A DNA stretch of 39,065 nt from NCBI GenBank assembly GCA_016926295.1, contig JAFGOX010000009.1, positions 1-39,065 on the forward strand, given 5' to 3'. Below, in pieces: positions 10,564 through 18,826 of the stretch (the stretch's first letter is position 1; each line of letters opens with the position of its first letter). Below the pieces are notes generated by a model. It was not told the DNA's origin. It made no database searches and saw only the letters and a list, made by a program, of their open reading frames with translations. A program made the translations under genes and the position numbers. This DNA is from Candidatus Iainarchaeum sp. Lineage in GTDB: Archaea; Iainarchaeota; Iainarchaeia; JAFGOX01.

Positions 10564-10986
10564 ATGGATTTTGAATACCTGGAGCACACTGCAGATGTAA
10601 AATTCCGTGCGTATGGCTCTACTTGGGAAAACGTTTTCAGAAATGCTGCTAAGGCAATGTTAGAAGTAATGACTGACACGTCAATCCTGAAAGAAGAAAA
10701 AGAAATTAGACTAAAGGCAAACGCCAGCACATTGGATGAATTAGTTGTTGCTTGGCTGAGCGAAATCCTTTTTCAGTCAGAAACAAAAGAAATTATTTTC
10801 AAAGAGGCAAAACCTGAAAAAATATGGGAAGAAAACAGAAAATGGTACGTGAAAGGCACAGCAATTGGACAAAAGATGAATAAAAATATGAAGTTCAAAA
10901 CAGAGATAAAGGCGGTAACTTATCATGAATTGGAAGCAAAAGAAAAAAATGGAAAGAAATACTGCCAGGTAATAGTTGACATCTAG
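10564..10986 (+). CDS. Archease (RtcB activator/chaperone family)
   Basis: 140 aa. N-terminal FEYLEHTADVKFRAYG (archease HTAD signature) and C-terminal KAVTYHELE. Sits immediately upstream of rtcB and overlaps or abuts it. Confidence 0.88.
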   Translation: MDFEYLEHTADVKFRAYGSTWENVFRNAAKAMLEVMTDTSILKEEKEIRLKANASTLDELVVAWLSEILFQSETKEIIFKEAKPEKIWEENRKWYVKGTAIGQKMNKNMKFKTEIKAVTYHELEAKEKNGKKYCQVIVDI

Positions 10987-10993
10987 TGATATT

Positions 10994-12418
10994 ATGAAAA
11001 AAGTAAGGGAAGGAATATGGGAACTGGAAGGCAAAGACTTGCAAGTTCCGGCAAGAGTTGTAGGAACAGAAAAACTAGTTAATTCAATAGAAGAAGGAGC
11101 CCTGCAGCAAATAAAAAATGTAACCACACTCCCCGGAATTGTTAAGCACGCAATTGCAATGCCTGATATTCACTGGGGTTACGGCTTTCCAATCGGCGGA
11201 GTAGCAGCAATGGACGCGAAAACAGGAGTTATATCTCCTGGGGGCATAGGATTTGATATCAACTGCGGAATAAGAATGCTAAGAACTAATCTAACAGAAG
11301 AAGATATCCGGCCAAAGCTAAATGAATTAGTAAGGGAAATCTTCAATAATGTTCCTGCAGGTTTGGGTGGAAAAAGCAAATTAAGATTAACAAAAGAAGA
11401 ACTTGATGAGGCTTGTGTAAGAGGTTCAGAATGGGCAATTGAAAACGGTTACGGATGGAAAGAAGACCTGGAGAGAACCGAAGATTATGGAAGAAGAAAA
11501 GAAGCAGACCCGACAAAAGTGTCTGATAATGCAAAGAAACGGGGAATGCCACAATTCGGAACGCTTGGTTCAGGTAACCACTTCTTAGAAATTCAAAAAG
11601 TGGAAGAAATTTATGAGCCTGAAATTGCAAAAGCATTTGGAATTGACAAAGTCGGGCAGATTACAATAATGATTCACTGCGGCTCAAGGGGTTATGGCCA
11701 CCAGGTAGCTTCAGACTATTTGAAAATATTCGAAGATGCAGTTAGAAAATACAATATTAAAATTCCAGACAAACAATTGGCCTGCGCACCATTAACTTCA
11801 CAAGAGGGCCAGGATTATCTGAAAGCAATGTACTGCGCAGTAAACTATGCATGGAATAATAGACAAGTAATCATGCATTGGACAAGAGAGGCTTTTGAAA
11901 AAATATTTGGAAAAACCGCAAAAGAAATGGAAATGAATTTAATCTATGATGTTGCGCATAATATTGCAAAAATTGAAGAGCACACAATTAATGGGGAAAA
12001 AAGGGAAGTTGTAGTACATAGAAAGGGCGCCACACGGGCGTTTCCCGCTGGCCGACCGGAATTGCCAGAGATTTACAAAAAAACAGGGCAACCTGTAATA
12101 ATCCCTGGGGATATGGGAACTGCATCTTATTTATTAGTCGGAACAGAAGCCGCACTGGAATGGACTTTCGGCTCGACATGTCACGGGTCAGGAAGAGTAA
12201 TGTCGCGAGCCGCAGCAAAGAAAAAATACTCTGCAGAAGAAGTAAAGAATAAATTAGAAGCAAAAGGCGAAGTGATAATGTCTGCAAGCAAGGACGGGCT
12301 TGTAGAAGAAGCGCCAGGAGCTTACAAAAGAATTGATGATGTTATTGAGTCCGTAGAACTGGCCGGCATTTCTAAAAAAGTTGCAAAAGTAGTTCCACTT
12401 GGCGTAATCAAGGGCTGA
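10994..12418 (+). CDS. rtcB: tRNA-splicing/RNA 3'-phosphate ligase RtcB
   Basis: Motifs MPDIHWGYGFPIGGV, GFDINCG, GSGNHFLE, HCGSRGYGHQ, HNIAK and GSTCHGSGR. I chose the ATG at 10994; the ORF track starts at an in-frame TTG at 10976 that would overlap archease. About 474 aa, so no intein. Confidence 0.93.
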   Translation: MKKVREGIWELEGKDLQVPARVVGTEKLVNSIEEGALQQIKNVTTLPGIVKHAIAMPDIHWGYGFPIGGVAAMDAKTGVISPGGIGFDINCGIRMLRTNLTEEDIRPKLNELVREIFNNVPAGLGGKSKLRLTKEELDEACVRGSEWAIENGYGWKEDLERTEDYGRRKEADPTKVSDNAKKRGMPQFGTLGSGNHFLEIQKVEEIYEPEIAKAFGIDKVGQITIMIHCGSRGYGHQVASDYLKIFEDAVRKYNIKIPDKQLACAPLTSQEGQDYLKAMYCAVNYAWNNRQVIMHWTREAFEKIFGKTAKEMEMNLIYDVAHNIAKIEEHTINGEKREVVVHRKGATRAFPAGRPELPEIYKKTGQPVIIPGDMGTASYLLVGTEAALEWTFGSTCHGSGRVMSRAAAKKKYSAEEVKNKLEAKGEVIMSASKDGLVEEAPGAYKRIDDVIESVELAGISKKVAKVVPLGVIKG

Positions 12419-12457
12419 CAACATGTTTAAAAGTACTTTTCTCCCTCTTAATTAAAT

Positions 12458-13246
12458 ATGGGGAGAAGAATCTTGCCTATCTTATTCGTGCTTCTTTTAC
12501 TTCCATTAGTAAGCGGAATTGAAATAGTCTCACATGAGAAAACATACTCATTAACAGTAGATGAATGGAACACGGTCTCCTTTGAAATAAAGAACACAGG
12601 CTCGCAAATAACTCCAGTAACAGTGAACGTAAGGAACATTCCGACAAGCTGGGGGATAAAGACCTATAATTACGCTATTGACAAGGGTGAAACAAAGGCA
12701 GTTGAAGTGGAAATCATGCCTAAAAGCCCGGAATATGCAGAATATCTGGCAGAAATAGTCGTAACTGCAGGAAACAGCGAGGAAATTTACTCTGCCAGGC
12801 TCAAATTTGAGGCTACAGGCGAGGACATACTCACAATTACAGGAAATCTTGAGAAAACCGGGAGCGAATATCTAATTACGGCCAAAATAACAAATAATTC
12901 AAATCTGCCGCTTAAGGTAGAAATAGGCACAGATCTGCCTAATGACTGGCTAACTACATACAGCAAAAAGACCTTTACTTTAGGCCCAGAAGCCTCAGAA
13001 GATATAGAAATTACCTCTTTTTCTGACGGTACAACAATAGAAAAGGTAAATTTAACCGCAAAATCAGGAAATATAACTTCAAAGGTGGAAATAGGCTATT
13101 CTGGGGCTCAAAACGGCTCAGATGGACAAACGGGGCTCTTTACGCTTGGAATGAACGGCGTATGGTTGGGTCTAATATTCATACTTGTAATTGTGGGAAT
13201 TTTCCTATATATTTCCAAAAAGGGAGCCACAGGGCAAGGCTTTTAA
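12458..13246 (+). CDS. Hypothetical secreted, C-terminally membrane-anchored protein with two Ig-like (CARDB/NEW3-like) repeats
   Basis: 262 aa. N-terminal signal-like MGRRILPILFVLLLLPLVSG. Two segments share the pattern x-I-x-N-x-G/S...V-x-V...P-x-x-W (TVSFEIKNTGSQITPVTVNVRNIPTSW and ITAKITNNSNLPLKVEIGTDLPNDW). Gly/Ser linker, then TM helix VWLGLIFILVIVGIFLYI and a short tail SKKGATGQGF. Several N-x-S/T sequons. Function unknown. Confidence 0.7.
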   Translation: MGRRILPILFVLLLLPLVSGIEIVSHEKTYSLTVDEWNTVSFEIKNTGSQITPVTVNVRNIPTSWGIKTYNYAIDKGETKAVEVEIMPKSPEYAEYLAEIVVTAGNSEEIYSARLKFEATGEDILTITGNLEKTGSEYLITAKITNNSNLPLKVEIGTDLPNDWLTTYSKKTFTLGPEASEDIEITSFSDGTTIEKVNLTAKSGNITSKVEIGYSGAQNGSDGQTGLFTLGMNGVWLGLIFILVIVGIFLYISKKGATGQGF

Positions 13247-13282
13247 AGCCTACTTTGGATATATTATATTAGTCCTTTTTTT
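13237..13282 (+). terminator. Stop-codon-spanning hairpin followed by T7 run after the hypothetical surface-protein gene
   Basis: AGGCT-tttaa-AGCCT (13237-13251) encloses the TAA stop. Seven T at 13276-13282. Confidence 0.35.
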
Positions 13283-13399
13283 GAGCGGATAGCTCTCATT
13301 TGTAAAGACATTAAGTTCTTTCAAGGTGGTTGATAAAGGACAAGTAACAGTCAGCCAAACCAGGAGGAAGGTTTAGGCTAATTTTTGTACGTGAGATGA

Positions 13400-14383
13400 A
13401 TGGTTAGACGAAATTACCCTAGAAGCGGGTCGCTTGGTTACAGACCAAGGAAGAGAGCTAAGAGAGAATTAGCTAGATTCAGAACTTGGCCTAGTGGTGA
13501 GTCAGTAGGTTTGTTGGGATTCGCAGGGTATAAAGTCGGCATGACACATTTTATTGGCGTTGATGGAAGAAAAACTTCACCAACTACAGGAATGGATGTT
13601 TCAATTCCTGTGACTGTACTCGCAGTACCGCCGATGAAAGTTTTTGCGATGAGAACCTACAAACAAGACGACACATGCATTAGAACATTTAAGGATTTTA
13701 TTTCACCAAAAGTTGACAAATTCCTTCGCAGAAAACTTAACAGCCTCAAACAAGGAAAAGAACCTGATTTTAAAGTACTTGAGGGGCAAAATATTTCTGA
13801 TGTAACTCTTCTTCTTCATACTCAACCATTTATGACTTCAACAGGCAGCAAGAAACCACAGATAATTGAGCTTGGAATATCAGGAAGCAATGTTGAGGAA
13901 AAATTAACCTACGCAAAAGAAATGCTAGGAAAAGAAATCAATGCAAGCGATGTATTTGCAGAAAATGATTATATTGATGCTAAAGCAGTGACAACAGGAA
14001 AAGGAATGCAGGGCCCGATGAAAAGATTTGGCGTTGCAAGACAAAGACACAAAGCAAGCAAAATAAGAATTGTCGGTTCAATCGGTCCATGGCACCCTGC
14101 TGCAGTTATGTGGAGCGTTCCAAGACCCGGACAAATGGGTTATCACACAAGAACCGATCTTAACAAGAAAATAATCAAAATGGGAACTGATGGAAAAGAA
14201 ATAACACCGGCAGGAGGGTTCCTGACTTACGGTGTTGCAAACGGGCCGTACATTGCATTGGCTGGTTCTGTTCCAGGACCAGTAAACCGCGTCATCGGAT
14301 TGAGAAAATCAATCAGGCCACCGTTAAAAGAAAATGTCGTACTCAGTGAAATCACATATGTATCAAAAAAATCCCAGCAATAG
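13400..14383 (+). CDS. rpl3: 50S ribosomal protein L3
   Basis: 327 aa. PRSGSLGYRPRKRA and FAGYKVGMTH N-terminus typical of archaeal L3. First gene of the S10-like block. Confidence 0.93.
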   Translation: MVRRNYPRSGSLGYRPRKRAKRELARFRTWPSGESVGLLGFAGYKVGMTHFIGVDGRKTSPTTGMDVSIPVTVLAVPPMKVFAMRTYKQDDTCIRTFKDFISPKVDKFLRRKLNSLKQGKEPDFKVLEGQNISDVTLLLHTQPFMTSTGSKKPQIIELGISGSNVEEKLTYAKEMLGKEINASDVFAENDYIDAKAVTTGKGMQGPMKRFGVARQRHKASKIRIVGSIGPWHPAAVMWSVPRPGQMGYHTRTDLNKKIIKMGTDGKEITPAGGFLTYGVANGPYIALAGSVPGPVNRVIGLRKSIRPPLKENVVLSEITYVSKKSQQ

Positions 14384-14392
14384 GTGTAGATT

Positions 14393-15217
14393 ATGAAGGT
14401 AAACGTATATGGATTGGATGGCAAAACAACAAAACAAATAGAGCTGCCAGTACACTTCAGTGAAATAGTAAGGCCCGACATAATCAACCGTGCAGTAATT
14501 TCAAGCCAAACCGCAAGATTACAACCAAAAGGAAACTTCAAAAAAGCAGGAAGACAAAATACTGCAGAATTTGTTGGTAGAAGAAGAGGATACAGTAAAA
14601 GTGGTTCTGGAAATGCAAAAGGATTGGCAAGACTTCCAAGAATGAAAAACAGGAAGTTTGGATTCCTTGGAAGCGTGGCTGCGGTTCCATTCGCAGTAGG
14701 CGGTCCAAGAGCACATCCGCCAAAACCAGAAAAAAACTTGCATGAGAGAATTAACAAGAAAGAAAGACTACTTGCAATCAGAAGCGCAATCGCCGCAACA
14801 GCACAAAAAGCGATGGTAATTGCAAGAGGCCACAAATTCAAAGAAGAACTTACCTTACCGATTATAATTGAAAGCAAATTTGAAACATTAAATAAAACAT
14901 CAGAAGTAGAAAAAATATTCTTAGCACTTGGCGTCATTGATGATGTCGTAAGAGCAAAATCAAGAAAAACAATCCGGGCAGGAAAAGGAACAAGAAGAAA
15001 TAGAAAATTCAAACGCGCAAGAGGCCCGTTGGTTATAACATCAGGAATTGCTGGCGTAACAAAGGCTGCAAGAAACATTGAAGGCGTTGAAGTAATCAAT
15101 GTAAACAATCTAAACGCAGAAGTCTTGGCACCTGGAAGAGATGCTGGCAGACTAACAATCTGGACTGAAAGTGCAATTAAGCAACTTGAAGAAAAGAAAT
15201 TATTCGGGGTGCAATAA
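14393..15217 (+). CDS. rpl4: 50S ribosomal protein L4
   Basis: 274 aa. Lies between L3 and L23. RAGKGTRRNRKFKRARGPLVI resembles the archaeal L4 AGKGKxRGRR...GPL motif. Confidence 0.9.
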   Translation: MKVNVYGLDGKTTKQIELPVHFSEIVRPDIINRAVISSQTARLQPKGNFKKAGRQNTAEFVGRRRGYSKSGSGNAKGLARLPRMKNRKFGFLGSVAAVPFAVGGPRAHPPKPEKNLHERINKKERLLAIRSAIAATAQKAMVIARGHKFKEELTLPIIIESKFETLNKTSEVEKIFLALGVIDDVVRAKSRKTIRAGKGTRRNRKFKRARGPLVITSGIAGVTKAARNIEGVEVINVNNLNAEVLAPGRDAGRLTIWTESAIKQLEEKKLFGVQ

Positions 15218-15477
15218 TGGAAATAGCAAAAGTAATACTTTATCCATCACTGGCGGAAAAGTCAGTTGCAATGATTGACAAAAACAACAAGATGGTATTT
15301 TTCGTTGACACCCGTGCAACAAGAAAGGATGTAAAAGAGGCAATTGAAGTAATGTTCAAAGTCAAAGTCGACAAAGTAAATATTTTGAAAGACGCAAAAA
15401 ACAGAAAAAAGGCATTTGTAAAGATAAACAAGCAGTTCAAGGCAGAAGACATTGCAACTGCAATGGGTATTGTATAG
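15217..15477 (+). CDS. rpl23: 50S ribosomal protein L23
   Basis: 86 aa. KMVFFVDTRATRKDVKEAIEVMFKVKVDKVNIL. TAATG overlap with the rpl4 stop. Confidence 0.9.
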   Translation: MEIAKVILYPSLAEKSVAMIDKNNKMVFFVDTRATRKDVKEAIEVMFKVKVDKVNILKDAKNRKKAFVKINKQFKAEDIATAMGIV

Positions 15478-15486
15478 GTGTAACAA

Positions 15487-16212
15487 ATGGGAAAGTTGAT
15501 TATATCACAAAGGCGCGGAAAGGGAAGCCCCGCATACAAATCACCTAGCCATAATTATAAAACAAAGCTTACTTACAGGAGCTACGATGACATTCAAAAA
15601 AGTAGCGTGCTAAAATGCGACGTAATTGACTTTGTGTTGGACCCCGCAAGAACCGCACCATTGGCAATGGTATTATATGAAGATGGAATCTATGATTATA
15701 TCTTACCTGCAGAGGGCGTTGGAACAGGGCAAAGAATTGAGATGGGCGTTGGAGCAGATATAAAAGTAGGGAATGTCCTTCCTTTGGCAAATATCAGGGA
15801 TGGTATGCCAATATTCAATATCGAAAGAAGACCAGGAGACGGTGGGCAATTAGTAAAAGCAGGCGGCTCATGGGCAGTAATCACAGGAAGAGACGCAAAA
15901 GGAATTTACGTTAGATTACCATCAAGAAAGAAGATTATTTTCAATCCGGCTTGCAGGGCAACAATCGGTTGCGCAGCAGGCGGCGGACAAGGTGAAAAAC
16001 CAATAGTAAAAGCAGGAAAAAATTCATACATCACAAGAGCAAACAACAAAAACTGGCCAAAGGTCAGAGGCGTTGCAATGAACCCTGTTAACCACCCGCA
16101 CGGTGGAGGAGAACACCACGTAGGTAAAGCAACAACAAGAAGCAGACATGCAAGACCTGGACAGAAAGTCGGACACATTGCAGCAAGCAGAACAGGTAGA
16201 AGGAAGAAGTAG
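15487..16212 (+). CDS. rpl2: 50S ribosomal protein L2
   Basis: 241 aa. GRDAKGIYVRLPSRK and the NPVNHPHGGGEHH hallmark. Confidence 0.95.
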   Translation: MGKLIISQRRGKGSPAYKSPSHNYKTKLTYRSYDDIQKSSVLKCDVIDFVLDPARTAPLAMVLYEDGIYDYILPAEGVGTGQRIEMGVGADIKVGNVLPLANIRDGMPIFNIERRPGDGGQLVKAGGSWAVITGRDAKGIYVRLPSRKKIIFNPACRATIGCAAGGGQGEKPIVKAGKNSYITRANNKNWPKVRGVAMNPVNHPHGGGEHHVGKATTRSRHARPGQKVGHIAASRTGRRKK

Positions 16213-16220
16213 GTGCAATA

Positions 16221-16634
16221 ATGGCAAAAAAAGACTGGGCATATAGAGGCAAAACGCTTGAAGAACTTCAGGCAATACCGAACAATGAAATAATTAAAAT
16301 GATTCCTGCACGTTCAAGAAAAACTTTCTTGAAAATAAGGCCAGACTCAATCCAAGGAAGAACAATGGAAAAAATATTAAAGGCAGCAGAAATAGTCAGG
16401 CAAGGCAAAAAACCAAAAGCAGTCAGAACGCACAGAAGAGATATTATAATACTGCCAAAAATGATTGGGGCAAATGTTGCCGTTTACAACGGAAAGAAAT
16501 TTGACGAGATTACCTTAGACAAAAACATGATTGGACATGTAATTGGAGAATTCATATTCACAAGAAAACCAGTAAAACATGGAAAGATGGGTATTGGTGC
16601 TACTGGTGGTTCAAAGGCAAAATCTGTAAAGTAG
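16221..16634 (+). CDS. rps19: 30S ribosomal protein S19
   Basis: 137 aa. THRRDIIILPKMIGANVAVYNGKKF and GEFIFTRKPVKHG. Confidence 0.93.
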   Translation: MAKKDWAYRGKTLEELQAIPNNEIIKMIPARSRKTFLKIRPDSIQGRTMEKILKAAEIVRQGKKPKAVRTHRRDIIILPKMIGANVAVYNGKKFDEITLDKNMIGHVIGEFIFTRKPVKHGKMGIGATGGSKAKSVK

Positions 16635-16644
16635 ATGTGATAAT

Positions 16645-17100
16645 ATGGTTAAAAGAAGCTATTCAATGGAAATACCTGGCAAAACTGCCAAAGGAATGGT
16701 AAAGAACGCAAGAATTTCAGCAAAGTATTCCAGGGAAATAGCCACAAAAATAAAAGGAATGACCACAACAAAGGCATTGGCATACCTTGACAGAGTAATA
16801 TTGCTTAAAGAGCCGGTTCCAATGAGAAGATACAAAGAGCACGTATCGCACCAAAAAGGAATCCACGACAAGATAAAGTCAGGAAGATACCCAATCAAAG
16901 CATGTGAAGTATTCAAAAAATTAATTGAAGGTGTAAAAACAAATGCAGACTACAAAGGTTTGGATTCATCAAACATGAAAATAGTCCATGTCGCAGCAAC
17001 AAGAGGCTGGGAATACCCCGCGGTTCACAAGACACACAAAGGGATAAAGGGCATCAGAAGGAAATCTACAAACCTTGAGATCATATTGCAAGAAACATAG
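16645..17100 (+). CDS. rpl22: 50S ribosomal protein L22
   Basis: 151 aa. ARISAKYSREIATKIKGM and the operon position between S19 and S3. Confidence 0.9.
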   Translation: MVKRSYSMEIPGKTAKGMVKNARISAKYSREIATKIKGMTTTKALAYLDRVILLKEPVPMRRYKEHVSHQKGIHDKIKSGRYPIKACEVFKKLIEGVKTNADYKGLDSSNMKIVHVAATRGWEYPAVHKTHKGIKGIRRKSTNLEIILQET

Positions 17101-17108
17101 GTGTATAA

Positions 17109-18002
17109 ATGATAAAACAGAAATTTGTCTCCGAAGGGATATTAAACGCAAAACTTAAGGAATTCGTTAAAACGAAGTATTCCAGAGCAAACGTCATAAA
17201 CGTGTCCCTTGAAGAAACAGGAATTGTTTCACGCGTAATAATCGAAGCAGAAAGGCCCGGACTTGTAATTGGAAAATCTGGCGAATCAATACAGAGATTA
17301 ACAGTCGACCTTAAGGAGCAATTTGGAATCGAATCACCACAAATTGAGGTAAAGCCGTTAGAAAAATCAGCTGAAATGAACGGCGAAATTGTTGCAAAGA
17401 GAATAACCCAGCAAATGGTCAAAAGACCTAAGTGGAGACCAATTGTCATGAGGGCACTTGAAAGAGTTATGGCAAACGGCGCACAGGGTGTTGAGATTAC
17501 AGTCAAAGGAGCACTTATCGGAAAAGGTGCAAAAGCAATGAAAACAATTGAAAAGCGCGGGTACATGAAAAAAAGTGGAAACATGACCAGCATGGTAAGC
17601 ATAGGAAAAAGCACTGCACTCTTAAAAAAAGGCGCAATAGGTGTTACAGTCAGAATTATCCCGCCAGACGCACTTTTCCCTGACAAAGTTCCAATCAAAG
17701 AACTGCTAAAAGACAAAATAGCAGAGTTGCACGGCGTTACAGAAGAAGCACCAGAAGGAAAAACAGAAATTATAAAGGTTGAGGAAGAGAAGAAAGAAGA
17801 AACAAAACCTGCAAAAAAAGAGAAAAAGCCAAAGGCTGAAAAGAAGCCAGCAGCAAAGAAAACCACAAAAAAGAAAGCAGAGAAGAAAGAAGTAAAGGAA
17901 ACTTCAGAGCAAGTCACAGAAGAGAAAAAGCCAAAGAAAGAGGAAGTAAAAGAAGAAAAGAAAGCTGCTGAAGAGAAGAAAGATGATATTAAAACAGAGT
18001 GA
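17109..18002 (+). CDS. rps3: 30S ribosomal protein S3 with long Lys/Glu-rich C-terminal extension
   Basis: 297 aa. KH domain VIIEAERPGLVIGKSGESIQRL. The C-terminal ~74 aa are KE-rich low complexity. Confidence 0.93.
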   Translation: MIKQKFVSEGILNAKLKEFVKTKYSRANVINVSLEETGIVSRVIIEAERPGLVIGKSGESIQRLTVDLKEQFGIESPQIEVKPLEKSAEMNGEIVAKRITQQMVKRPKWRPIVMRALERVMANGAQGVEITVKGALIGKGAKAMKTIEKRGYMKKSGNMTSMVSIGKSTALLKKGAIGVTVRIIPPDALFPDKVPIKELLKDKIAELHGVTEEAPEGKTEIIKVEEEKKEETKPAKKEKKPKAEKKPAAKKTTKKKAEKKEVKETSEQVTEEKKPKKEEVKEEKKAAEEKKDDIKTE

Positions 18003-18007
18003 TAATA

Positions 18008-18226
18008 ATGGCAACACTTAAAACAAGAGAAATAAAAGACATGGATTCGGAAAAGCTGAATAAGAAATTGCTTGAGCTTAGAACCGAACTTGCTCGCGAA
18101 AGAGCACAGGCAGCAACAAGAACAAAGGCTGAAAATCCAAAGTCAATCAAAATGAAAAGATTAGCCATTGCAAGAATATTAACTCACATGAATAAAATAC
18201 CAAAAACGGAGGAAAAAGCTGAATGA
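18008..18226 (+). CDS. rpl29: 50S ribosomal protein L29
   Basis: 72 aa from the ATG at 18008; the ORF track starts at an in-frame GTG at 17999 overlapping the S3 stop. REIKDMDSEKLNKKLLELRTELAR is typical of L29. Confidence 0.88.
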   Translation: MATLKTREIKDMDSEKLNKKLLELRTELARERAQAATRTKAENPKSIKMKRLAIARILTHMNKIPKTEEKAE

Positions 18227-18558
18227 GTGATGTATGCCCTGTTTGTGGACTCCCAAAAGAACTTTGTATATGCGAACAAATTTCTCAGGAGCAACAAAAA
18301 ATAAACATAAGAAGTTCAAGCCGCAAATATGGCAAAGTTGCAATTGTGGTCGACGGTTTTGACAAAAAAACCGATATCAAAAACATAGGCAAGGAACTAA
18401 AACGACAATTGGCCTGTGGCGGAACAGTAAAAAACGACACAATTGAACTGCAGGCAGGAAAAGGAAGAAATATGATGCAGATAGACCAGCAAAAAAAGAA
18501 AATAAAGGAAATATTAATCCAGATGGGGTACAAGGATGAACAAATCAATCTCAGTTAA
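18223..18558 (+). CDS. Translation initiation factor aSUI1/aIF1
   Basis: 111 aa. N-terminal CPVCGLPKELCIC zinc knuckle and the SUI1 core KVAIVVDGF...LKRQLACGGTVKNDTIELQ. ATGA overlap with the rpl29 stop. Conserved position between L29 and the RNase P protein. Confidence 0.85.
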   Translation: MSDVCPVCGLPKELCICEQISQEQQKINIRSSSRKYGKVAIVVDGFDKKTDIKNIGKELKRQLACGGTVKNDTIELQAGKGRNMMQIDQQKKKIKEILIQMGYKDEQINLS

Positions 18559-18826
18559 GGATAATATTTTGGTACAAGAATTAACCGGTCTGCAAATAAA
18601 AGTCAAAAAAAGCACAAGTAAGGAACTCATCGGCACGGAAGGAAAAATAATCGAAGAGACAATGAACACATTCAAGATTGAAACAAAGGAAAAGCATGAA
18701 AAAATCATACCAAAAAAAGGAAACATTTTTCTTGTGACAAAAGATGGAAAAGAAAATGAAATTGATGGTAACAAAATTATATGCAGACCACAGGATAGAA
18801 CAAAAAAATATTGGGTGAAAAAATAA
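18536..18826 (+). CDS. rnp1: RNase P protein component 1 (Rpp29/Pop4 family)
   Basis: 96 aa. ELTGLQIKVKKSTSKELIGTEGKIIEETMNTFKIET...IPKKGNIF is Rpp29-like (Sm-like barrel). Conserved position before S17. Overlaps aSUI1 by 23 nt. Confidence 0.8.
   Translation: MNKSISVKDNILVQELTGLQIKVKKSTSKELIGTEGKIIEETMNTFKIETKEKHEKIIPKKGNIFLVTKDGKENEIDGNKIICRPQDRTKKYWVKK

Noticed and set aside
6590-12418. Inteins in EF-2, RtcB or the RNAP subunits
   Set aside because: The protein lengths (738, ~474, 869 and 366 aa) fit intein-free versions. The conserved motifs are contiguous, with no Cys/Ser...HN splicing-block insertions.
14227-15108. 293-aa ORF on the minus strand
   Set aside because: It is entirely antisense to the well-supported rpl4 (and the end of rpl3). 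Its Phe/Leu/Ser-rich composition is what the reverse complement of Lys/Glu/Arg-rich coding sequence yields. It has no recognisable motif, so I treat it as a shadow ORF.
17081-17917. 278-aa ORF on the minus strand
   Set aside because: It is antisense to rps3. The long open frame comes from the purine-rich (AAG/GAA) coding strand of the KE tail, whose complement lacks stop codons. The F/S-rich product is implausible.
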